From contig NC_068981.1 in assembly GCF_001194135.2 (NCBI RefSeq), positions 116,203,587 to 116,267,586 on the forward strand: 64,000 nt of DNA. The letters are read 5' to 3'. Shown piece after piece: positions 39,768 to 53,760 of the stretch. Positions within the stretch are counted from its first letter, which is position 1. Each line of letters starts with the position of its first letter. The notes beneath the pieces are model-generated. The model ran no database searches. It was not told the DNA's origin and saw nothing but the letters and a program-made list of their open reading frames with translations. This DNA comes from Octopus bimaculoides (lineage: Eukaryota). The translations under genes were made by a program, and so were the position numbers.

Positions 39768-41016
39768 TAAGGTTGTCAAGAAAGTTCTTGTGGTTTTTAA
39801 CCTTTAAATTCAGATGCATATATCTCGGCTAAAACAAAACTTTATTAATTGAAATAAATACTATCAGAATCAACACAATTTTGCCAACGCGAAACAAGTT
39901 CATTTATGCCAGTAGCGTGAAAATCCTGCATTCTGGTGGCGATGAAGTCGTTGAAGGCGTGTTTGGCATCGTCTTGGTTTTTGAAGCATTTCTCACGCAG
40001 GAAATTGTCGAGATGCTTGAAAAAGTGGTTGTCGGTAGGCGAGAGGTTTGGTGAGTATGGCAGATGAAACAGAGTTCCGTTGCCCAATTCGTTCAACTTC
40101 TGCAGAGTCACCTGTGCGACGTACGGCCGAGCGTTGTCGTGGAGAAAAATTGGTCCTTTTCTATTGACCAATGATGGCTGTTGTTGTCGGAGTTTCTTAT
40201 ATATTTCATCCATTTGCTGACAGTACTTCTCCGCCGTAATGGTTTCACCTGGATCCAAAAAGCGGTGATGGATGAGACCGGCCGTAGACCACCAAACAGT
40301 CACTCTGACCTTCTTTTGACAAAACTTTGGCTTTGGGAAGTCCGTGGAGCTTCGTCGGCGACAAACCACTGAGCTGAGCGTCATCGGTTGTCGTAAAGAA
40401 TCCACTTTTCATCGCAAGTCACAATCCGGTCGAGAAACGGGTCGTTCTTGTTGCGTAAAAAAAAGGGAAGACGACACTTCAAAACGGCGTTTCTTATTTG
40501 GTTGTCGTTCAATTCGTGCGGCACCCATTTCTCAAGTATTTTTGTTTTTCCAGTCTCTTTCAACTGGTTGGAAATAGTCGTATACGTTACGTCTAATTCA
40601 GAAGCAAGCTCTCGAACAGTTGTGCGTGGATTGGCTTCGACTAAGGCTCTTAGTTGATCGTTGTCAAAATCCTATGTTCGACCACTACGCTTATCATCTA
40701 CAAGACTCTCGTCACCGCTACGAAATTTCTTGAACCACCATTGTGCTGTACGTTCATTAGTGGTACCTGGGCCAAACGCATCGTTGATATCGCGAGCTGT
40801 TTCAGCACCTTTTCGGCCGAGCTTGAACTGGAATAAGAAAATTGTGCGAATTAGGTCTCATTATTCAAAAAGAAAAAGAGTAACACGATTAAACAGAACG
40901 AAAAACGGGTTTTAAATTGATATATAAAGTCAAAGTAATTTAACGAAAATTAATTTGAAAATACATAATTTAATACCAAAATTTTAAATTCCGCAAGAAC
41001 TTTCTTGACAACTTAA
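39768..41016 (-). mobile_element. Full-length defective mariner (DD34D), ~1.25 kb, with TIRs and TA target duplication
   Basis: TIRs taaggttgtcaagaaagttcttgtgg and ccgcaagaactttcttgacaacttaa, with TA at 39766-39767 and 41017-41018. The transposase has WVPHEL, DRIVTCDEKWILYDN, LHDNARP and YSPNLSPTD (34 residues between the Ds), with stops and frameshifts. Confidence 0.93.
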
Positions 41017-42493
41017 TACATGAGGAGGGTATTGTATAGTGGAAATCGAAAAAGAGGAAACACGACCTCAGAATTGTTATGTCAACTTATACATTATTTA
41101 ATATTCTTGTTTTGTATCTTTTATCAAATAATTAATTATTATTACGATTAAAACCAATTCCATTGCGAACCAAAATTCCAATGACTGTATGAAAAATGGA
41201 AATTTCCTTATATCTCAATGCACAGTAATCTATGATTTAAATATTGCCATTAAATACTCACTATTGTTTTTCAATTCCCTTGCCTGCATAGAAAAACTAA
41301 AATGTGTTATTGGTGAAATTCTAGATAATTATAAAATTGAAGAGTGACCTATATGTTATGGTTCAAGCAGCCTTAATTTGAAACTGATTTTCAACTATAT
41401 TCATCTCTTCTGTAACATAAAATACAACCACCTTTGATAAGAAGAGATTCTAGAGTGAGTTTGTCGATAATAACTACAGGTAAACGACGGTTCCATAGTT
41501 CGGTTATTATGTGATCCTTATTGCGCGAATCTTTAGATGCACATGTGTATATCTAAAATTTTAAGTATTTTCTTTCAAACCAATTAGTGAAATTCATTTA
41601 AATATATTGAAATTACAAAACATTTTCCTGAACGAAAAGCTGCCCACGATATTAATAACATTTCTAACACTCACAATGATATATACATCCTGTTTTACGA
41701 ACGTTGCGTTGCAATGGAAGGGTTTTAGATGTTTCTTTTGAAAATTCTATAATTTTTCGTTGCCATTTTCAAATTTTATTTATAATTTTCACAAGTTCCA
41801 CTTCAATTTAAAAATATTTTAAAATATCTTAATTTAAAGGGTAAGATAGAAAATGAAACATTTATTAATTGCGAAATTACTGAAAAAGATATTTTTCCTG
41901 AAAAGATTGAAAATAAATAATGAAATATGTCCACTGTACTCTGTGTTTTTTCCAACATCATTAAATATTTTCATCATATCTCTTTTCCCTTAAATCTGCG
42001 TAGTAGATCCATAAATACAGCAGCAAATAATCATATACATACAACGCACACACACACACACACATCCATCCATCCATTCAAACATCCATCCATCCATACA
42101 TACATTTATGTATATATATATATATATATATATAATTACACACACACATACATATATATATTATCGATACACAAATACACAAACACACACAAACACACAC
42201 ACACGCACACACACACACGCACACGCACACATATATATATACACACATGCAAACATACTAGAAAACCCCATGTACATGTATATTGTCCATGTTGCTGTCT
42301 CCTTATATTTGTGCATGAGTATTTGTGTTTCTATGAGCCTCTGTATGAATGTCTGCATATTTGTGCGTGTATGTAAATGCATATGTGGTGATGTATGTCT
42401 GTGTACCCATTTTTATTAATTCTCATTAATTTTTTTCTTTTAAATTCAATTTCGCTGAAATAGCTTAAGGCTAAACTAAGAATAAAATATTTT

Positions 42494-42535
42494 AATAATA
42501 ATAATAATATTAATAATAATAACAATAATAATACT

Positions 42536-42600
<65 letters not shown>

Positions 42601-42610
42601 TAATAATACT

Positions 42611-42684
<74 letters not shown>

Positions 42685-42690
42685 TAATTG
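42494..42690. repeat. (AAT)n tract with a duplicated aacaataataatactgtt interruption
   Basis: Direct reading; the interruption recurs about 75 bp apart. Confidence 0.9.
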
Positions 42691-43012
42691 TAATAATATC
42701 AATCAAAATTATCACAAGGGCGAGAATAATACTAGTACAAACAAGAAGAAGTTTGAGCGAAGTAATAATAATAATTTCAGCATCATAAGTATTAATAGTT
42801 GTAGTATTATTATGAATAGTAATAATGAAAGAATGATCAATTTAAAACGTAAGCTTATTCAAATGTCTAAATATTGCCTATAAATATTTTGTAGTTTAAA
42901 ACGATCTGAATATCCGGTTTTTACCATATTTTTAAATATTTTGAATTTCCTTCTGGCAGTACAACTTTGGCTCAGTGAAATATTCATTGAAAAGTTTTAC
43001 TTTAGAGTAAAT

Positions 43013-43015
<3 letters not shown>

Positions 43016-43064
<49 letters not shown>

Positions 43065-43136
43065 CACCATTAAATATGAAGATGAAAGGGAACAGAACCT
43101 TGGAAGTAAGGGAATAGCAGAGATAGAAAGGTAGAT

Positions 43137-43225
<89 letters not shown>
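43016..43225. repeat. Poly(A) run followed by (GATA)n/(GA)n
   Basis: Direct reading of the sequence. Confidence 0.9.
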
Positions 43226-43226
<1 letters not shown>

Positions 43227-44171
43227 GCAAAGGCGGAGAGAGTGAATGAATGAGAGGGTAAGTTCATAGGTGAGATTCTGATGGACGAGATGGCGTAGTG
43301 AACGGAACGTAGCAGCAGTCGACAGACATATACGTACATACATGTACATGCAAATACATACACACGTGCACACACACACATACACACACACACACACACA
43401 TTATTGCGCATGCGTGTGTGCCTGTGTGAGGGTGTGAGACTAGCAAGTATGCACAAATATAAGCATATATATGTAAGTGGTTGTGGGTGTCTATATCTAA
43501 ATAAAAAAAGGAAGAGATGGTTGCTTAAAGATGGATACATAGAGATTAAGTAGAGAGTGGTTAAGAAAAAAGGAAAGGGTGAGTAAGAAACTAAGAAAGT
43601 GAGGTAAGAATTGAAAAGAAAAATAGGAAAATATTGAAGAAAAATGAGACGAAATAGTAATTAAGTGAACGGCACAAATATTTTACCAATACCAAAGGAA
43701 AAATTTTGTAAGGGTGTATGAAATTATCTAAGATGTAAAAGCAAGTTGTTCTGGGTGTAGTTCAGAATTTCCTTGAGGCCATATTATATCGGGAAAGGTA
43801 TATGTTGTAATGACAGTAATCAATAGGCCATGAACACGCATACGTTTACATATACCACAAATTATATATACACATATACAACAAACTACATGCACGTATA
43901 CATACACAAACACGTACTCATATATTAGCAAGCCTACGCGAACATTATTTGCATAAAAAGCACACAACATATGAACGTATCTCGAGGTAAATAAATGCTG
44001 AGAGGAGCCCCCTAACTCTGCATATGTTTATACGTGAAATTATTCACAAGCATACAGAATCACGTGAGCAAATGTTTTACACACATTCTTAAGTATGTGG
44101 GTACTCTAACTCGCATACATATATGTATATATACTAATCACAATCATTTGTGTGTGTATACACACACACGA

Positions 44172-44202
<31 letters not shown>

Positions 44203-46296
44203 CACACATACATACATATATAAAGTAACAAACTTAGGAAAAGAGATCCTTCAAAGGGGTGTGTAAAACATCGAGTTCACTGGTATGTCAGTTGAATACC
44301 ATATATATTAATATAATGCAATTACAAAGATAAATTAAGTAGAGAGATACTATTGGCAATCCAATAATTTGTAAATTCCAATAGTATTTTAAGTTGGTCA
44401 TTCCAAGTATAGAGTTTTTACATAGTGTTATTGAATCGAGGGCTATATTTAAAGTAACCTAAAAGTAAGGAATACTTTAAATACTATTGGAATTTACAAT
44501 GACTAATTTTAAATACTATCGGAATTCACTCAGAAGGTATTGGAATCTTATATGCAAGCCATTGTGCCTAAATAATGGATCTACAAATGCAATATCCCTG
44601 TATATCTCACATCTGTTTTAATTTCTCCACTTCACTCTCTATTTCGTATCTTATCTAAATTAACTATCGCTTAACCATTTTCTCACACTGCCTCCTATGA
44701 AGGGATATAATAAATATCCTGGAAACAGCTGTAAGACCTTGTATTTATAAATGTTCTAAAATCTTCACAGCCTTGGTTTTTTTATCTCATTCTGAAACAA
44801 AAATTATATATATATATATGTATAAGCACTGATAGTTCACACATAGGCGTGCGTGTGTGTGTGTCTGTGCAGTTATAGATATGGATATATTTCGAAAGTA
44901 TGCTTTGTTATAAATATAGAGACATCATGAACATTTATAACTTTTTATATTTGAAGATGGGCATACTAGGAATGTGTGATTGACTGCATTAAAGTGATGA
45001 ATATTGATACGTTCATCAGGTTAGTAGTGTGATATTCGAATGTAGCTGGAGGTATTTAGCAAAATGACGAGGTTTAGTAAATGTCTCTGATCTAACATTT
45101 ACGTACATAGTTTTCAGTTTTGACGAATTTTTTGTGCCGAGCGTTATTAGCTTAGCATAACCCACAACATTTAATACATTTCAACATAGTTTTTATCTCT
45201 GGATGATAAGGACTACCGAGTTTATGATAGACTCGGTAGCATTTGCTTTCAAATTCAACACATAATAGAAGATTTTGTATTCGTTTTTTCAGTATTTCCC
45301 ATGGAATAAGTTGGTTAAAATATGGTTGTTTAAATTTACGGCCTATTTACTTACGTACGATTTATGCACAATACTAAGCTTTGGTTTTGTTTGGTTTGTT
45401 TTGATAGAGAGCTTCAGTATTTTATGAGTCGTTAAGGAGATGCACAGTTGTATTTCTACATGCACAAATATTCACAGTTAATTTAGTTGGTTCTATGAAT
45501 ATTGTATAGCGTGTAATAATGGATGGTTGGATTATAGAATTGTAAAATAGTAAAAGACTGTATTTATTGAATACTTCTCTGTATAGACGGTTGATGAGGA
45601 AATGCTTCTTGACTAGGGCTAAAGCGCTTGTAACAATATCATTCTTAATGTTTATAGAAAATTATATGTAAATTTAATAATGTCTCAGTGTCTGTTATAG
45701 GTGTTAGTTGAAGGGGTTTAGAGGTTCATAGATACTTAAGTGTGAAAGCATTTGCTTCTTATTCATAACTGTAACAAAATGAGTAGATCAATGCCATATC
45801 AGATATTCTTCTATCAATATTTTTAATCAGCTTTTTAAAAACTATTGCTTATAATAACAATGGTATTTTTATATAAGCTTAAATCTTGTGGTAATCACCG
45901 TGCAATGACTATGGAAATAGTCTAATAAAGGGGCATTTAAGCCCTCGCCATATGCTACTATAGATCAACATTTAACAGTACATTCTAGGAATAATCACAG
46001 ACTCTGTTTTTCTCTTTCAATGGTAATACACTGTTATAACTTGAAGCCTAACCTTTGTAAAAATGCAATTTTTCATAGCATATATTTTCAGTTTCTCTGG
46101 TTTGTAAAGGCTTACTCTATATATTTCCAAGGCGTACTGCATATATTTTGCCTCTGTTTATAAATACAAAAAAATAAACAAGTTTTCACAATATTTAAAC
46201 GTAAAGAGTTAAGTATTTATACTAAAAACAATATAAGAAACATCATTATATGCCACATATATGAGCACTTCTCTCTAGTGCATACAATGTGTTTGC

Positions 46297-46331
<35 letters not shown>

Positions 46332-46939
46332 GATATAATAGGCTGTTCTGTGAAGCTAAGAGCAACAAAAGTACTCCAGCTGGTGAGAAATAAATATTGC
46401 TTAATGAAAATAGCATATATTTGTTATGAGCTACTAATAGTTTCATGTGAAGAAGACGTCTCAGGCATCATTTTATAACACATCTAGTGCCTTCGTACAT
46501 CCTTCAAGCTATGCTCACATGGCATATACAAGTTTAGCATATGCAAGCTAAACGGGACTATAGTATAAGGGAAAATACGAGAAAAGGCAAGAAGAAGGTA
46601 GAGTGAAAGGTGGAAGGTTGAAAACATCAGAAAACGAAAGGAAAAAAAGAATTAGAGAAGAATTAGAGTTATGTCCCTTTGACCATAAAGCTTTAAGAAG
46701 GCTGACTGGATAAGAGTCTAAATTCTGTGGTCATCTGCTCAATCCAGAGAGGGTGATATTTTCTAATTCGCTAAGAAGAACTTAATCGATATGTTTACAT
46801 CCGTTAAAAAATTCAGATACAGTATTCAGTAGTGCGGTGGAAGTTTTTAGATCTGAAAAGGATCTGCGATCTTTCAGCTACGCATAATTTTCAGTTTTTT
46901 GTTTGCTTGTTGTTTTTTTTTTACCCTTTGACATATAGT

Positions 46940-47262
46940 GTTGACTACTCAACTATTTTCAACTTGCTTGTATGTGAGTGACGGTAGACTTCAAACCTCA
47001 TACCTGGCTAGCCAATTTAATGGCAGTACTTTTGTCCCTGTGCAGGAAGGAAAATATGTGGTTAGCATCGTGCTTAAGGGCCCGAGATCAGAACCTTCTC
47101 CTCGAAACCGAACACCACTACGTCGCAGAGACACTAATTTATACTTGTATGGATTGAAGCGACGTGAAATAAAGTGTTTTGCTCAAGAACACGAAGCACT
47201 GCCCGGTTCATGAATCGAAACCACGAGCAATACCCTAACCACTCGGCTAGCTGCCTTCACAG
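46940..47262 (-). mobile_element. tRNA-derived SINE (head related to 888-1063)
   Basis: gtgaaataaagtgttttgctcaagaacac...gaatcgaaacc...ccctaaccactcggc on the + strand. Confidence 0.65.
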
Positions 47263-47583
47263 CAGTATGAATCTGATAGAAATTAATATCAAATTTCGCT
47301 TTGCTGTTCAGCACAAATCGAATGAAACAAAACAACATAGATGAGTAAGATGTTTCATTCGCCCACATTATGTGAAGAATACGAAGGTAGTTCGAGTTTC
47401 CAAATCGTTTCAGTTTTTGAGCCGACAGTGCTCTGAGAAGGCAATATTAAGCGTACGCAAGAAGACGAAAGGCCTGAAAATATGTATGACTCAGAGAATC
47501 GTATTATAATTTTACTCTCTACTTCCCACAAAAGTGGAATAGCATGGGCTTCTATTACCATGCTCTGTCCAAGTTGGTAGTTC

Positions 47584-47910
47584 TTAGATTTAGGAAGGCA
47601 TTAGATTTAGGTAGGCATTAGATTTAGAGCTCTGTCGTGTAGCAGGGAGAGGCTGGACTCTTCGTCGGTACGATGACGTGTGTTCCAGTCGATACAACGG
47701 GTCGTAGTTCCCAGGGAAATTCAAGGTGATATAGAATGTGACAACGCTGGCCCTTTGAAATACAGGTACAACACATTTTTGCCACTGAGTGAAGTGGAGC
47801 AACGTGAAATGAAGTGTCTTGCTCAAGAACACAACGCGCTGCTGAGAGACGAATTCGTGATCGTAGGATCTTGAGCTGAATACACAAGCCATTAAGCCAC
47901 GTGTCTTCAC
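47584..47910 (-). mobile_element. tRNA-derived SINE with a tandem-repeat tail
   Basis: ggagcaacgtgaaatgaagtgtcttgctcaagaacacaacgc is shared with 47160-47200. Confidence 0.65.
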
Positions 47911-48873
47911 TAAAAAGGAGAATGAAACAGGAAATAGTTCACTGTGGATATGACAAAGGATGGCGAAGGCTTCCGAAGAACATACAAAAGCTGAGTGCAT
48001 GGAAAAATCCAAACAAACATTTCCTGTTTTGTTGCAGTGGTCACATCTCCACTCAATTCGAAGTGCTTCATGGATACAGGAGGTAAAAAAAAAGCCTGCA
48101 ACGTTAGCGGGGAAAATAAGCAGGCTTGTAATCAGTGCTGCCAGGCGCTGTTGGAGGGAACGATATTGGTGGAAGTTACTGTGAACTTGATGATTTTGAG
48201 ACATCATTTCGTTAAAAAGAATGTCACCTACTGAAAGCTACAAATGGACGTACGTGAGTGCGTTCGTGTATGAGTGTGTTTATGAGTTTTTTTGAATGTA
48301 TGTACGTATATTTGTGTTCATACAGACAGACACACACATATGAAAAAGAATGTGTGCATATACATACATACATACATACATACATATATGTGGGTGTGGG
48401 TGTATTTATATATATATATAAGTATGCATAAATCCATTTATGTATAGTTATATTCATTTACACACACACATACACATATATACATACACACAGGCGCACA
48501 TACACATACACACGCAAACACGCAAATACACACAAACACACACACACACACACACACACATACACACACACTCACACACACACACACACGCACACACATA
48601 TGGAGGAACATTATATCCGGTCTTCATGTTACAAAGCACTGTTGTGTAGTATTCAGACAACAATAAACCAACAGAAAATAAAATCATGATTTTCAGTTAT
48701 TCTGATGTGTGAGATATTTGGTCGTTCTGCTGATGATTTTGATATGTATGTATGCATGACTTTCTTCATGTGTGTTTGGGTGTATGCATATATGCATACA
48801 TGGGAGGGTTTGTGTGTAGATAGGCAGATGAATATATAAATATTCGTACACACACTCACATATATGTATACGT

Positions 48874-48904
<31 letters not shown>

Positions 48905-50548
48905 CGTATATATATGTTTATTACATATATATATATGTGCATATGTGTGTGAGTATATGCATATGTGTATGCAAAACTGCGTGAGTGTAAATATATATTT
49001 ATATATATATTTGCATATTATGTATGTTTATAACTCTAAAATATTCTCCTTTTAGTGTTTTCGAAAGTAATAATATAGTAGATGGTTAGTGGCATTGAGA
49101 CAAGTCTCTTTTGTCGGAATGTAGTTCATTACTAGATTCATGGTATGACTATGCCTGTACACTGGAATTTCATCCGTTTCGCCATTGAAATGTTCTGAAA
49201 CATGTTCGTAATGTTTAAAATAAGTTTTCGGATGCAGATTATAATTTATACATAAAATGGTCTCAAAAGACCATACCATAATTTCTTCAGGCTAATCTAA
49301 AACCGCAATATATTTATTGTTAATTTTCTAACTCTACTAATTTAGTAAATACGGTTATTGACCAATATTTCTCTAACCTTTTACCCTTTTTCGTACCGTA
49401 GACATTAATCGTATTGAATAAACAAAAAATGATGTTAAGTTCGAGCAGTACATTGCCACGTCTATTCAAACATTTTACAACATCTTGTCATTAGAGAACG
49501 ATGCTCCAGGGTAAATAAATAATTGAAGTGCGGTCAACTTGTGCGAGTAAATGCTAGTAAACCTGCGTCCTTTACTAACTTCTTGTAAAAAATTGTGTTC
49601 CTTATGAGCTATCAATCACAGTATTAGACCACCGCCAGTCGGGTTACCACAATGTTAACTTTTAAGAGGTTTACAATGAAATGCATTTAAACAGTTAGCT
49701 TAAACATTGTTTTAAGTTCCTTATTGTAGCCATTTCTTTTCAATTAGAACAATGATGTTATTTGAAACTATCCGATAATTTATGCTGCTGCATATGCATT
49801 TATTGCTTGGTTCTAACATGTTTCATCTATATGTGAAATGAATATAGAGTCTATCTGTTTTTATCATTTTTAAGATTTGAAAGCTAGATGTCAAAACAAG
49901 AAAGTTTAGTTTTATTGGTATTTTGATTTCTACATTCAACATGTTCTCATATATAAAGACAGTTTCCTTAAGGAAATACAATATCTTGCAAGGAAAAAGT
50001 TACATATCCATCATTTTGGACTTTCCCTTAAACAATGATATATCAGCATGTGGTGATAAAAATGAGATTAGCTACTGTTGGTTGTAAAAATACTTGACGC
50101 TATTACTCATCGCATCAGAAGGTTATGTGAGAAGGAAGTGACTGTACTGAACCATAGCTTTTTGATTTTGTCACCACTTCAAGCTGTAACTTGTAGCTTC
50201 AACGTATATAATATATAGACTAAATAAAAAGTTATCATAGACCGTAATAATTATTATTAAAGGTTTAATGTATTAGCCTGTTGTTGCAGTTGTATTCCTT
50301 GATACAACAGTGAACACATAGAAAATTCTCTCAATGGAAGGAAACATGTTGAATTGCCTCTTCAAGTTAGAAAGAATGAGAAGCACATCCCCCATCCACA
50401 TCTTGCATACATATCTTCATTTCTTTTTGTCACACATGTAAATTACATCTGTAAACAGAATCAAATTTTCTCTGTTTATATAGAATTGGGCTGGTGCTTC
50501 GACACATGCTGGTATGTAAATATTATGAAGACATTCAAATATATATAT

Positions 50549-50649
<101 letters not shown>

Positions 50650-50699
50650 ATATATGTATATATATACATATATATATATATATGTTAGTGGGCTACGAT

Positions 50700-51050
50700 A
50701 ACAGGGGGTTTGTCCCCAGTATCACTGCAATGGTATTAGCAACATTCCAGCCCTCTTTGACCTTCCTGTTTTACAGTGGTGGTTTAGTATTCTTTCTGGC
50801 ATTCAATCAGTTTCCCGGTTATGTCATTTACTGAAATCTTGATGACAGATCCGTTGGTGATAGCTTTCGAAAACTTGTGGGAACAGTTCAAATTGAATTT
50901 GCAGGACGGAAAAACGTTTAGCATAGAGAAGACATCTACGTTGGTGTCACAATCTTGATAGACAGGAAAAAAGACAGCAAATTGCTAGATAACTTATCTT
51001 CGCGCAGAAACTGAATAACCGCGAAAATGCAATATTAAATTCACAATTCA
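50700..51050 (-). mobile_element. Highly decayed mariner-like 5' fragment
   Basis: Minus-strand AVIQFL and RILNHH..RKV...W resemble mariner N-terminal blocks; weak. Confidence 0.35.
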
Positions 51051-51108
51051 TAATTGTTGTGTTGAAATCTATGGCCGGTATTCATTTGTACTTAAATAGT
51101 ATACTATA

Positions 51109-51152
<44 letters not shown>

Positions 51153-51330
51153 GTACACATACGCATGCGCACACTCACGCACACATGTATTACCAAATAA
51201 ATATTTTTGTATCACTCCTATTGTTCCATAAAAAAAACAGTGCGTCGAACCTGAAGAGTGCCACAGAGGTACTTTTGCATTACTAACATATCACAAAGTA
51301 TTAATGCATACATACCTGCATGCATATATA

Positions 51331-51830
51331 GAGGGATTGGACAAAATAATGGAAACACCTGAAAATTTCAAATTCATTTTAATACGGTGCAGGGCCGCAT
51401 TTGACAGTAATTACAGCTTCAAATTCTTCGAGGTATGGACTCGTACAAAGTTTAAGTTGTTTCCAAAGGAATTTTTGTCCATTCTTCAGCTTAAACAGTC
51501 TCCAGTTCTTGTAGTGATGATGCTGGAGGTTATCGACTCTTTACTTGTTTTTCCAAAATGCACCATAAATGTTCAATAATATTGAGATCTGGGGACTGTG
51601 GTGGCCAGATAAGATGTTGAACTTCACTAGAATGTTCCCCGTGCCATTCAGTAACAACTTTAGTTGTGTGAATTGGTGCATTATCATCCTGAAAGATTAC
51701 GTTTCCCTCCGGAAACAGTTCTGCAACAATAGGATAAAGTTGATCAGATAAAATGCTTAAATAGTCTTGACTATTAATTCTGCTACGAAGGGAAACCATT
51801 GAGCCAGCGGATTTCCAAGTTATTGCCCCC
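51331..51830 (-). mobile_element. Tc1-family transposon 3' part with DD36E catalytic spacing; 3' TIR retained
   Basis: GAITWKSAGSMVSL...FQDDNAPIHTTKVVTEWHGEHSSEVQHLIWPPQSPDLNIIEHLW. The terminus is TA|gagggattggacaaaataatggaaacacct. Confidence 0.9.
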
Positions 51831-51834
51831 TCCC

Positions 51835-52435
51835 CCGATCTTCTATCGAAATGTTAGACGTCGTTAACTGTGGCTTGGTAAAAGGGAAAAAGCTCAACTA
51901 CAACTGAGAATGGAACTTCATGGAAAAAAAGTTCTTCACTGTATCTGGTGAGATTGCAAAGGAGTAATTCACTTTGAATTGTGACCACCTAATGCAACAA
52001 TCAATGATCAAGTCTACTGTCAGCAATTAGAACGTTTGAACCAAGCTTTTAAGAAAAAAAGGACCCGCTTTAGTGAATTGAAAAGGAGTGATGTTTCATC
52101 AGGACAATGCACGACCCCACACTGCAAAGATCACATGACAGAACATCGAAGAGTTTGGTTGGGAGAAAATTCCTCATCCACCTTATTCTCTCGACCTTGC
52201 TCCTTCAGACTACCATTTGTTTCGTAGTTTACAGAATTATTTGGGGGACATTCGCAAGCCAGGAGCAGGTCGAAATTGACATTTCAGAGTTTTACATTGA
52301 TGACGTTAAAATGCTTGTAAATACAGGGAAGGAAGTCATAGATAATCAGGGAAATGATTAATTTCAATTAAATATAACATTTGATCACTTGATTTCTTTA
52401 TTCAAAATTCGGACAGAACTTATGGAATGACCTGA
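51835..52435 (+). mobile_element. mariner 3' part (DD34D), 5'-truncated, with 3' TIR
   Basis: GVIHFEL, VYCQQLERLNQA, FHQDNARPHTAK and HPPYSLDLAPSDYHLFRSLQN. The terminus is cggacagaacttatggaatgacctga|TA. Confidence 0.9.
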
Positions 52436-52444
52436 TATTTCTAC

Positions 52445-52615
52445 ATTTTTACCTTTTACTTCTTTCAGTTATAAGACTCCGGCCATACAGGGGCACCACC
52501 TTCAAGAGATTTTAGTAGAATCAATCGACTTTAGAATTTATTCTATCGGTCCTTTTTCCCGAAACGCTAAGCTACTGAGCCGTAAACAAGTGGTGGGATA
52601 CAAACATATACACAA
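52445..52615 (-). mobile_element. SINE 3' fragment
   Basis: tttacttctttcagt...gcaccacctt...tattctatcggt, similar to 56450-56630. Confidence 0.5.
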
Positions 52616-52712
52616 AGAGACATACTCATATATACACACACAAACACATTCATATATATACATATATAAAGGCATTTAATGTGCTCACAATATATATATA
52701 TATATGTGTGTG

Positions 52713-52764
<52 letters not shown>

Positions 52765-53725
52765 GTAGTATATTGCCACTTAAGTGTGGCTGACCCCTAG
52801 GGGTGGATGTTACTGTTGCTTTTAGCCCCAGGAGGATATCTCCTCCNNNNNNNNNNNNNNNNNNNNNNNNNNNNNNNNNNNNNNNNNNNNNNNNNNNNNN
52901 NNNNNNNNNNNNNNNNNNNNNNNNNNNNNNNNNNNNNNNNNNNNNNNNNNNNNNNNNNNNNNNNNNNNNNNNNNNNNNNNNNNNNNNNNNNNNNNNNNNN
53001 NNNNNNNNNNNNNNNNNNNNNNNNNNNNNNNNNNNNNNNNNNNNNNNNNNNNNNNNNNNNNNNNNNNNNNNNNNNNNNNNNNNNNNNNNNNNNNNNNNNN
53101 NNNNNNNNNNNNNNNNNNNNNNNNNNNNNNNNNNNNNNNNNNNNNNNNNNNNNNNNNNNNNNNNNNNNNNNNNNNNNNNNNNNNNNNNNNNNNNNNNNNN
53201 NNNNNNNNNNNNNNNNNNNNNNNNNNNNNNNNNNNNNNNNNNNNNNNNNNNNNNNNNNNNNNNNNNNNNNNNNNNNNNNNNNNNNNNNNNNNNNNNNNNN
53301 NNNNNNNNNNNNNNNNNNNNNNNNNNNNNNNNNNNNNNNNNNNNNNNNNNNNNNNNNNNNNNNNNNNNNNNNNNNNNNNNNNNNNNNNNNNNNNNNNNNN
53401 NNNNNNNNNNNNNNNNNNNNNNNNNNNNNNNNNNNNNNNNNNNNNNNNNNNNNNNNNNNNNNNNNNNNNNNNNNNNNNNNNNNNNNNNNNNNNNNNNNNN
53501 NNNNNNNNNNNNNNNNNNNNNNNNNNNNNNNNNNNNNNNNNNNNNNNNNNNNNNNNNNNNNNNNNNNNNNNNNNNNNNNNNNNNNNNNNNNNNNNNNNNN
53601 NNNNNNNNNNNNNNNNNNNNNNNNNNNNNNNNNNNNNNNNNNNNNNNNNNNNNNNNNNNNNNNNNNNNNNNNNNNNNNNNNNNNNNNNNNNNNNNNNNNN
53701 NNNNNNNNNNNNNNNNNNNNNTATG

Positions 53726-53760
<35 letters not shown>

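Noticed and set aside
47290-48240. Possible RTE-like 3' region split by a SINE, and ORF 47590-48207
   Set aside because: The motifs are too weak to assign, and the ORF is largely SINE antisense sequence.
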